DNA of 63,129 bases, the filler included, from Intoshia linei (Eukaryota > Animalia > Orthonectida): assembly GCA_001642005.1 (NCBI GenBank). It is 8 parts of 8 records of this genome, joined end to end, with 100 filler letters (N's around TTAATTAATTAA, not from the genome) between each part and the next. Parts side by side here need not be neighbours in the genome. Positions count along the whole stretch, not along the records: positions 52,207 to 58,041 come from LWCA01001738.1; positions 58,142 to 63,129 come from LWCA01001844.1; 6 more parts are not named here. The stretch is one strand, 5' to 3'. Shown one piece after another: positions 52,107 through 63,129 of the stretch. Made by a program: the position numbers and the translations under genes. A model generated the notes under the pieces. The model was not told where the DNA came from, did not search any database, and saw only the letters and a program-made list of their open reading frames with translations. Positions within the stretch are counted from its first letter, which is position 1, and each line of letters begins with the position of its first letter.

Positions 52107-53257
52107 NNNNNNNNNNNNNNNNNNNNNNNNNNNNNNNNNNNNNNNNNNNNTTAATTAATTAANNNNNNNNNNNNNNNNNNNNNNNNNNNNNNNNNNNNNN
52201 NNNNNNTCATATAAAATGTCAATAATAAATTATCTGTTAAAATCTATCTTTAAAAAACATAAGTACAAAATTATAAAATATGAGTCATAATAAATTTCAA
52301 TTAGAATAAATTTATACATCGTAAAAATTGGATAAATATTTTCTATAGAGATTTAAATTCGAAAATTATACTTAACTTAAAAATGAAAGGTGTATTAAAA
52401 ATTTAGCGAACACAATTTCATAGTATTTAATAATAAATTTATAATATGGAAATATTTTCTATAGAGATTTACATTTTCAAATTTTACTCAAGGTGTGTTG
52501 AAAATAAAATGAACAACTTACACTTAGATTTAGACTTAAATTTAAATACAGTATTCTATTTCTAATTGGTCAAAAATTTTATTTACAAAAATGAAAAAAA
52601 TTAAATTCATATCAAATACAAGTTATATTTCAAGCATAGTTTATAGAAGTGGCTTTTAAATTTTCTGTATTCGCGACCCCTTATGAAAAATTCTTTATAA
52701 TTCGGTAGTAATTTTAACTTTATTTAAAAATAGTATATTACCAAGGAACCAGTACCGCCACCTTGTGAGAAAAGTCACGCTACGCCACTGACGGCTATGC
52801 GTGGTTTTTTTATCGAAAATAAGAAATAACGTTAGGATACAAAGTTAACTGATTAAAGCTGATTAGTGTTTACAATTTTTTTTAATATCACATTAATTTT
52901 TGAGCTATCAAAATATTTGAAAAAATGACCATTTTTGTGTTTATATTTTGTGGCTCTTGAGTTGTCATTTTAAATTAAACACACCAAATAGATATGATAT
53001 TCAAAAATATATTTTTTTGATTTCTCAATTTGGTAAAATTAGGGCCCAATTTTACAAAAATTTCGCCGACCTTATAAACCTTATAAATTACCAGACTTAA
53101 GAATTCATTATTATTGAATAAACGAAATGTTCATATATATTTATTTGATTGATTATACTGGGTTCTTATATATAATGTATATATATACTGTATATAATAA
53201 TATACATTAATAACCATGAATTAATTATAATTTTCAATTTAAACATTTTCATTTTAG

Positions 53258-56200
53258 GGGGAACTTTATGAGGATGATAGAAAATTAAAACACGAGAATA
53301 GAACAAATAAAGAACGATATAAGCTATATATAATTAGGGCTGTTATTATTACAAGTACCATGTGTATATTAGGATTGGCTGCTTATATCATTTATTTAGC
53401 TCAAACATACACCGAAGATGTAAGTTTAATTTCATAATTGTAGATTATTACTTTCCAACAGACGTGTCGCCAACTGTTTAAAATGTATTGAATCATTTTT
53501 ATAATATTCGAAAATTGCTCAAATTTATCATTATTTCAATATATATTACTACCTTGACTGTTATGTACTGCGTACAAACAGTACCTAACTCTGCCAAGGG
53601 CACATTTTTAGTATACCAAAAAAATAAATTCACGTTGAAAACCTAACTTAAAAATCCTACTATTAACTATTATCAATTCTTTAAACGAGTGGTTACCAAA
53701 TTTGTTTCAGGTGGAACCATCATATCATATTATTTTTACTTTAAAGTTAATTATTCCATCTTAATTTTTTGTTTGTTAACATTTACGTATTGACGTATTT
53801 GCGTAAAAACAATTGTTATCCCATTTTTTTAATTTATTAAACAAAATGTGTGTATAATATTAAAAATAAAGTAAAAACAGTCCAATCCTAAAAATTGTCA
53901 TAAATAGCATAAATTCCAGAAAAAATAAAAAAAATTATAAAAACCTATTTTGTCATTTCTATATGATGACATATATTCAGTACCAATTTAATAATTACTT
54001 AAAAATACCAATTGTGTATCAATAATTAATTTAATCTTCACTTTATAAACATTTCAGTCGAATTTTACCATTATTGCAAAGGATTCTAATATAAAAATGA
54101 TTGATGTTAAAAATGTGTCCATACTTTTGGCCTTTTTTCTTCTGAATGTTACTTTCTTTTTAGCATTTTCAAACAATGAGTAAAACAATGTTTTCAGTTA
54201 AATTAAGTTATTATCAAAACTTTTATAAATTCGTTGCCGTAGTTTAATTTAAAAAGTTCAAAATGTTTGGAAAATGAAAATTTGAAATTTAAAAATTGCG
54301 TAGCAATGAAAAAAATTCCGAAGGAATGAATTATGTAGACTTTCACCCATGTCTTTATTGGAAATGTGTAGACATACAATCCACATTTTTTTGAAATTGT
54401 AGGATCAATATTTACATTTTCAATTTTTGATTTTTAATCAGATTTATTTGAAAAATATTGGTTGAATATATTAAAAGTATTTTTCACCTGGAATGCGTAG
54501 ATTTCTGGGGTTGAAATTTTTTATTTATATCAACTGGAATAAGGCTCTACAGAAAAATCCTTTTTTTTTAATTTTCAGACCGTTAAGACATTAATTATTT
54601 CAAATTTTTTGTTTTAATAAAATATTTCGGAAAAAAATATATGAATACTAAAATGCTTTTTTCACCGTGAAGTCGTCACTTATTCGGATTGAAATTTTCT
54701 GTGTGTCTGTTCTGTCGGTATGTCAGGATACAACTGTAAAACATGTAAATTTTTTGAAATTGTAGGGCTGTTTTCAAAAAAAAGGAAGGGGAATTTGGGG
54801 TTTTTCCCCTGAAGATATAATTTTTATTAAATTTTAATTTATGATAATGTTTATGATTTTAAAATTCGCATCAGCGTATATATTTTTTTAAATTCTTCAA
54901 CTTGATTGATTTTCAAAAAGATGGACAACTGGGGTTTTTGACTTGTAAGATGTTAAATTGGGAGAATGAAATTTATCTTAATATACCTCCCGAAAAAAAC
55001 TATAATTGAAATGTTGTCTTTAAAAAATTCTAAGACGGGTAGTTATTTAAATAAAGCATAACACACAGACAGACACACACACAAACAAAAATCTCGTAGC
55101 CTTTTATGTATGTTAAGATATGATATATTATTTTATATACCAGTGCTGCCCAAGTCATATTTTGAAATGAGCAAGATGAGTAATAAAAGTTTACTATATA
55201 ATTCTCACGCGTGCTAATGTGTGATTCTTTGAAATTTTACTTATATAAAGTACAATATTTTAGCTTGCACTGTAAAATTTACTGAGTAGAATGCAAGTAA
55301 TTTTAGTATTGTTAATTTCAGAATTTATTTGAAATGCTCAATGAGCAAACTGAGCTCAAAACTTATCAGCTTTTGTATATGACTATATTAATACTTTTTA
55401 TATATAAAACGGTGGTTACATAACCACAAAAATTCAAAAAGTTGCCTTGTGGGTCAGTCTTACGCATGATATATTTTGGTTGTCATTACAATATATTTTT
55501 ATAAATTTAATTTTCATGTTAATGTTTTATATTAAAAACTTTGTTAAATTTTTAAAATACAAAAAGTTAGTGGTCATTTTAAGAATTGAAACATTTAAAT
55601 CATACCATCTTATTCGCAGTATTAAGTTTCATGTTTTCTATATGATTATTTTTATTAGTTTGAATAAGAACACATGTTATTGTACATGTATTTATAATAA
55701 TGATTATTAAAAGTGGTATTTGTTTCCTGGTGTTATCCAAACTTTATGTATATTACACTACATGTATATGCCAATAATAACGTTTATTTTATCTTTCTAT
55801 GAATATTTATTAATTTCTATTGAATTATATAAATGTTGTTAGCATAATATTTCATAAAATGTAGATTAAATCTGGACCAGACTATGGCACATATGGAAAA
55901 TTCGGAAAATTATTAATTGAATTAGCACCATCGCTGACGATTACAGTTCTAAATGTAGTTATACCCGTAATATTTTCAAAAATTGTAGAATACGAACAAT
56001 ATTCAGCTTTTAATGAAATTAAAATTACGTTATTAAGGTAATTATTTATATAAAGTCAGTAGAATTTGATTTGAATCTGATTCACATAACAATATTAAAA
56101 TTTTTAATTCAATGCAATTGAATCAACACAAATCACAGCTAAAATTTCTTATACATTACATTAAAACCATTTTATATTAATCTAGAATAAAAATGTCAAT

Positions 56201-57279
56201 TTTCCACCGTTACGCTTCACGGTGAAAAAAGCACCAAATATTTTTATACAGTAAACTATGCGTTATAAGAACAAAATGAAACAGCTGTTATAACGAATGT
56301 TATAGTAGCAAATTTAATATTCTACTTTTTTATTTATAATTTTTAATTGTAATCTTCAATATTTAATTCACATCCAGTGATTTTTTTAAAACTATTTAAG
56401 TTGCAGAAATTTCATAATTAAATCTAAAGTTTAAATTGATAAAAACTGAAATATATAATACGTCTTATCCGGTGTACAATTATCATCCACATTTTTTAAA
56501 ACAGTTTTTAATTGTATTTTCCTTTAATATACTCCAACATTGCGATATTGTTTGAATTACTTCGTGTAGATTGACACTGCAATGATTAATATCAAATTTT
56601 TCATTTTCCATATTCTTTTCTTCCATTTGAATTAATAAACGTTTGACTAAACATTTCCGATATGCCTGTTTAATACATTTTATAATGCCAGCATCTAAGG
56701 CTTGGGTTTTACTTGTAGTATTTTTAGGGAAAAAAATTAATTTAACATTAGTTAAAACTTGCAATGACGAATTTTAATTTGATGCTTATATCAAAATTAA
56801 ATAAATATTATAACGAATGTGATTTTACTATGTATGTACTATGGAAATCAAAATTCATTACCAAGCTGTTATTATAACGAGTGTTTTTATAACGACTGTT
56901 CTTTCAACACATAGTTTACTGTATTTTCGAATTAAAATGAAAATTTTAATTTCTGTTTACAATTTCAAAAAATACTTTCAGTAATATTTAAACGACAAAA
57001 ATTTGGGTGTCCTTCTTTGAAATTGTTTTATTGACGTTTTTACATAATTGTTAAAATTTATTATAAACTTTTTTATTATCATTTTGATAATCTATTATAT
57101 TTACAATTTGAATTATGTATTATATTTTAAAAATATAATATTACATGGGTATATTTAGAATTGTTTATCTCAAATTAGCCTCATTGATAATATTATTAAT
57201 CGCCATTTTTGTTCAAATTACATGCGCTACAAAGGATAAATGTTTAATCGGTATTTATCCAGACTGTCCCACAATTAAG
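53258..57279 (+). CDS. Transmembrane channel-like (TMC) protein, three internal exons
   Basis: 53258-53419 (RTNKERYKLYIIR…AAYIIY), 55866-56037 (LAPSLTITVLNVVIPVIFSKIVEYEQYS..EIKITLLR), 57159-57279 (IVYLKLASL…C…C…CPTIK), typical of TMC4-7. Confidence 0.85.
53553..55118 (-). mobile_element. Near full-length Helitron A in a TMC intron
   Basis: Collinear with 38021-39344; 3' CTAG degraded. Confidence 0.82.
56249..56921 (-). mobile_element. pogo/Tigger deletion derivative with DDE_1 transposase fragment
   Basis: TA|CAGTAAACTATG.GTT..AAGAAC TIRs at both ends with TA TSD; LTNVKLIFFPKNTTSKTQALDAGII…IKNCFKKCG. Confidence 0.9.
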
Positions 57280-57404
57280 GTAATATAATATGTATGTACA
57301 TTAAGATACCACATTTTCTGGAAATTTTAAGGATTTGAGTGGAAATTAGTACTAAATATTTAAATTAATTAATATTTAACATTTTTATTTTTAACTATTC
57401 TTAA

Positions 57405-58035
57405 CCCTTTCACTGTCTGTGTATTCTATACTATACACAGCAATTTCATTTCACACGTCTGTATATTCTATGATATACACAGCATAATTTTGAAAAACTT
57501 TATTTTTTTATATTATATATTTTCACATTAGTAATTTATAATAATACAAGTTTAAATTAAAACATAAATTCCAGACGTGTGGTGATAGTACGTAAAATTG
57601 GACTGGACATTGAAAGGATTAATATGACATAAATGAAGAGATTGAGAAATAATAGCCATTGATTCTTAGGTACATGTGACACCCTAATGCAGTGGTTCCC
57701 CAAAAAAATATATTTGTGACCCCCCCCCCCCCCANNNNNNNNNNNNNNNNNNGGCCCCCCCCCCCCCTAACAGTATACAAATATTTTATTGAGAAGATCA
57801 ATTATTACAAAATAATATGTTTATTATATTATTATAACAGCGATTAAAAAAATTAGAATTAAAAAAAATAAAAAGATTAAAATGTTAGCTTTTAATAATA
57901 ATATTACTGGTTTTTTTTGTTATAAATCATACTTTAGTATAGTCGATATCCTAGTTACTAAGCCCTAGTATACAAACAATTGTAAAATTATGATTGTTCT
58001 TTTTTGTTTATATACGTGTTATTGTCTCGTAAGGG
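57405..58035. mobile_element. Possible piggyBac-type MITE containing a hAT MITE end
   Basis: TTAA|CCCTT…AAGGG|TTAA; CAGTGGTTCCC at ~57690; the TIR match is short. Confidence 0.45.
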
Positions 58036-58579
58036 TTAATANNNNNNNNNNNNNNNNNNNNNNNNNNNNNNNNNNNNNNNNNNNNTTAATTAATTAANNN
58101 NNNNNNNNNNNNNNNNNNNNNNNNNNNNNNNNNNNNNNNNNTTTAAATATCACTGTCAAAATATGTGTATTTTAAAAAAATATTGGAAAAATAAGTGATT
58201 TTTACATTAAGGGTTAGTAAAATTGTATTTTTTATTTTGTGATTTTGATTGAGAAGTTGTTGCTCATAAGATTTGGTAAATAGATTTGATTTGTTTTTAA
58301 TTTTATTCGAACAACTGACCAAATGTATCTGATAGTTAAAAATTCCCATGTAAACATATTTTGCTATCTTTCTATATAAAAACATAACATCCCACAAACA
58401 AAAAAATAATCGTATGTTACTTAAGTGTCTTATAGTTTTTTCCAGCAGTGCATACGTATTTTAATGAAATAATTATTTTAACTTGTGTAAGGAGTAAAAT
58501 ATTAAATATATAAGAATTTGGGAACATCATGTACTAACTAAAATTTACAATGTATATCGTATATTTACCAACATAAATT

Positions 58580-61500
58580 GCTTCAACATGATATGTACTG
58601 ACGTTTTTTTTTTATTCTTTTGACGTTAGCGGCCTTGATCCGGTTGAAGATAATGGAGAGCTTCTACCAATAATTTCAATAAATGGAATCGATGTTGTTT
58701 GTGAGTATTTCTGATCTCCGCAAAATATTGTCACAATGTATGTGGAAATTTTGATTTCTTAAATTTTAATTTATTTTAATCAATTTTAAATTTACTGGAT
58801 TTGTTTGATATTTCTTTCTTGGTTATCAAAGGAACCTTATTTTGAATTATTTTGTGTTGCCGACACACTTTTCAAACTTGATATACCTAAGAAAGTACCT
58901 AAAAGTCAATACAGCCGGTAAAATAAAATATTTGACGGAACTCATAAATATCTATAATCGCCATATTTTAAATATTAATCAACTATTTTTATCGTAATTC
59001 TATTATGTATTCAGTATTACCTTGTATTACTTGATTTATTTACAACCTTGACAAATTCCAAATACCAATCTGATGATAAATGCGAATTATCATGACGAAT
59101 TCTTACTTTGGCAAGAGTTCCCAAATCCAATATGTTTAATTTGAAAATATCAGACTAATAATAAAAAAGCTAGTTAAATTTAATCAGTAAACATACCTGG
59201 TTTCGTTCAAATGGTTTTTTATAAGCTAATGAATTTTGTAGAGAAATTTGACCAGAATTCCCTATAATATTAAATAATTGAATAAACACATTAGCATTTG
59301 TTCCAGCAAATCTCTTATCACCAGTTTTTATTATTATTTCATATTTACTTTCTAAAAAAATTAATTGATAAATAAACACATTTGGGCGTGGAATTCAGGA
59401 TCTTTAGTTTACATTATATTCCACTCACAAGAATTACATGATTGAAATTATTTTGCATAATTTTTTTAATTATTAAAATTAAATAGTAAAATCGTTGTAT
59501 CACTTAGATCAGAGGTCGACAAAGTAATTCTAATAGACCATTGCATTTCTCACAATTTTGAGATTATTGAGACATCATTGTCATCATACTCATTAAACAC
59601 TCATAATAATTTAAAATAGATTATTCCCACGTGATAACTGCAATAAGATTATAATATACTTTCTAAATTCGGAGTTTTGTCCATTATAAAATTGTATGGG
59701 AGAAGTTCCACCATTTCAAAATCACAATTTTTCAAATTATTATTATTTGCCATTTCGCTTTCGTTAGAGTATAACCATCGATTTGACATAAACAATACAT
59801 TATCAATATCATCATTGAGTAAATCAACTACACAGTTACATTCTTGTTTAACATTTTTGAGTTTATTTTTATTGATATATTTTGATGCTCCTCTAGTCGA
59901 ATATCTTGATAATTTCTTTGTAACGTTTTTCAAATTTTTTCTCACAGTTGTCGTCATTGGTTAGAAAATTGTGCGTGTTTGGGTTTTTGAATGGTATACT
60001 TAAAATAATTGTATCAATATGTGATTTTGATATTTGATGAGTTTTTGAAATTCTTTTAGGTAATGACTTTAATTGATTACTTGCTATGCTTTGAACCAAT
60101 ACCTACATTTTATTTATTATAAATATTATTTAAAAAATTGTAATTTATAAAAATGAATATTAATTTTAATAATTTATATCGGTACAATCGAAAGTAGTAC
60201 TTATTGTTTTACATTTTATTGTATTTATATTTATTAATTTTATGATAATGATAAGAAAATACAAAAATTATTAGCAGGTTTTTATAATTTATTTGGTTAT
60301 CCTAACGATTATACGATATATAATTTGATATATAAATTAGAAACCTTTTCAAGATACCAAGAAGTTGATTTTTTATTGTTTCTATCAAATCCAACGCGAC
60401 ATTTTACAATTGGACCGATATTAACTGATTCAATCTACAAATAGATTATATATTTACAATTAACTGAAAAATTAATCATAATGAAAGTTAATAAACAATT
60501 AAAATATATAAAATTAATGAAAACCTTAAAAACATCTTTTGATCCAACTTGAAAAGTAGCATTATTTCTAGGTAGCAATACATTCTCTGATTTTCCATAA
60601 ANTTACAATTAACTAAAAATTTATACATAATGAAAGTTAATAAACAATTAAAATATATAAAATTAATGAAAACCTTAAAAACGTTTTTGATCAAACTTGA
60701 AAAGTAGCATTATTTCTAGGTAGTATTTTCCATAAAGACCATACCATTGAATACAAACATTGGATTTCGTGTCCGCATTATTTTGATTTCCCGTAAATAT
60801 AGTAATTTGGTAAGGATTCACTAAAAGTTATGTTTATATTTACTTGTTAGATATTCATCAATTAATTTATCCATATAAAATGTGTATTAATATGTAGCGT
60901 ATATTTTGCATAAATTTATTTTTTTTAAATTTTTGTTAATTGATTCAATTTTTGGGTCAAATAAAAATAAGCGCGGCATATTTTTGGATGATTTGTTAAA
61001 CCAAGAATTTATATTGAAAGTGTAGATTTTTCCAGATGAAGGAACAATTATCTGAACATATTCAACATACCAATCTTCCATTGCCGTAAGATTTGTTTCT
61101 TTGAATAATTTGGCTTTATATATCTAAATTAAATTAAATTATTTAAAATTTAATGAACATGCAAGTATTAAGCGGTCAGTAAAATCAATTTTTTCAAAAT
61201 TATTATCCCTGAATTTTGTAATTTATTTTTAATTATATGAAAAATTTTTACAGCTGGGGAAATACGATTTATGGTTTAGGAAAATGGGATTGTCGCATTA
61301 ACACTTAAAAATGAAAAATGTAGATTAAAAACGGGTTTATATGTTTTCTTCATCACAAGGATTTGCCATGAAATAAACCGCGTATAGTGATATTAATGTG
61401 GTCTTCAGATGTAATCTTTATAAGCGACTTTAAAATAAATTACATTTCCAACAAAATCATGTTCCATTTCAAATCTTTCCAAACTAGATATTTCAAATTT

Positions 61501-63100
61501 ATTCTTAATTAAACAGGATTTTGTGAGAGATTTGTATAATCGAAATTTTAAGGTATTGCAATATTCACCATTCAAATGTATAGATATATTTCTATCTGTT
61601 CCAGCACCAAACATGTCTCCAGTTTTTATAATATATAGCGTGTACCTAATAATTTAATATATATATTATTTATCTAAAATTTGCACATAAATAATTAACT
61701 AATACACACAGTGCCGAACCAACCATACCTGATATCATTTTTCGGCGGGTGGCGAGAGGACTAGACTAAATTTTTGTGAAATGGCGAAAAATTTATATTT
61801 TTTTCAACCCCCCCCCCTTCCCCCCAAATAGCTCCAGCGCCCTAGGTTGTCGCTCACGTTAAGAATCACTGAGATACACGTACCACATTTGGTAAAGAAT
61901 ATTATATATTTGAAAATTACTCGCTAATAATAGACTTTTAATATAATAAAAAGTTCTATTTATTTGACCATCTTTCATTTTGGAAGAAAACCACCTAGCA
62001 AAATAAATTAAAATTTATAATGTATAAATGATTTTATATTTTTTTAAATACAGAATCTTGTCTATTTTTACCTATTACACTCAAATTTACCAAATTTATT
62101 GGTTTTGTCACATTTAATATTCACATATTCTAGATACCAATCAGAACTAATATTTAGCTCATCGGTCCAAATTTTTATTTTAACAATTTTAATTAAAGTA
62201 ACTACTTTCAGTCGAAATTCATCAATCTAAATTTCATGTATACATATTTATTTAATGTGACGTATTTTACACTTGCGTGTGTCAAACCGGAAGTCAGAAT
62301 CCGTGTCCCCTCTAATACATATATGTTTACAGCAGCGGTTCCCAACAAACTTCACAATTGGTACCCCTAAACTAAAAAAAAATAATTTTGTACCCATAAT
62401 CATTTAAATTTAATGTAACTATGACACTATATTAATTAAAATTGTTAAAATTTTAATTGATTAAAAATGGATATCTGAAAAATGGTTAATGGTTGAACTG
62501 ACGAAATAGTAACGTAAATATATATAATATACCACGTTAATATCTCAGAGTATTAAATATACATAATTACACAAGGAATTACAACATAAGGAGTACCAGT
62601 ACCCCATTTGGGAACCGCTGGTCTACAGTGTAGATTCTAAAAAAAATTATGTAGGCTTTAGAGAGCCCGTAGTAGGTTTAGACCATATGAAAAGTATAAG
62701 CCAACATTGTAGCTCACCGCCGTTACAAGACTAATACATGTATTTTTTAATTTAATAATTACACAATATTTTCAAAAATATTCTATCCATTATTTACTGA
62801 CAATGACAATTTCTTTAGACAACTTTTATGTCGAATTCCGTAAATTTGTATATATACATTAGAATTTGTAAACTACCAATCTTATTACCAGTTTTTATAT
62901 GTAATATGTGTATTGGTACTCTATAAATGCAAAGTAAAATAAAATTAATAATAATACCATAATAATTTATTATAAGATAACACTGTCCAACACTAAAAAT
63001 GTGCTTGCAAAATTTTTCATATTATAATACTTAACATAGAAATATCTCCAATTCTTTAAAATTTCAGTTTATTTTCAAGTCAAATATAGAAGCTATAGGG
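58580..63100 (-). CDS. LOXHD1: Multi-PLAT-domain protein, LOXHD1-like (partial; boundaries uncertain)
   Basis: Repeated PLAT motifs across many short exons: YEIIIKTGDKRFAGTNANVFIQLF…FERNQ, LAKVRIRHDN…SDWYLEFV, IKTGDMFGAGTDRNI, YQITIFTGNQNNADTKSNVC, DWYVEYV. Confidence 0.78.
62333..62620. mobile_element. hAT MITE (288 bp)
   Basis: TIRs CAGCGGTTCCCAA…TTGGGAACCGCTG; TSD GTTTACAG/GTCTACAG. Confidence 0.88.
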
Positions 63101-63129
63101 TAAACAATTTTAAAATTGTTGTTATGAAA

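Noticed and set aside
60454-60730. Tandem duplication of a LOXHD1 exon
   Set aside because: Near-identical ~130-bp copies flank a single N (60602); likely an unmerged contig overlap or alleles.

Overview
Very AT-rich eukaryotic (animal) draft-assembly DNA with many very short (about 29-50 nt) GT-AG introns. Gene content and intron size suggest a compact parasite genome such as the orthonectid Intoshia linei; this is an inference and was not verified. Eight contig blocks are joined by 100-bp N-TTAATTAATTAA-N linkers. Recognisable spliced genes: CYB5R4-like (partial), cyclin K, Tollip-like, IQCA1/DRC11, DMAC2/ATP5SL-like, AP2S1, C1GALT1, an HS3ST-like sulfotransferase, two Vps10/sortilin-like paralogues (one disrupted), LIS1, a TMC channel (partial) and a LOXHD1-like multi-PLAT gene (partial). 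Introns and intergenic DNA are filled with non-autonomous Helitrons, hAT and piggyBac-type MITEs, and Tc1, mariner, pogo and hAT relics. The most striking feature is at 26.5-30.5 kb. What looks like a 129-bp satellite reads on the minus strand as an array of near-identical introns. Each pair of introns brackets a hypervariable 6-nt micro-exon (poly-T TAG | N6 | GTAATT), and the joined exons are open only in phase 1. This is a candidate duplicated micro-exon gene system for generating variable proteins.
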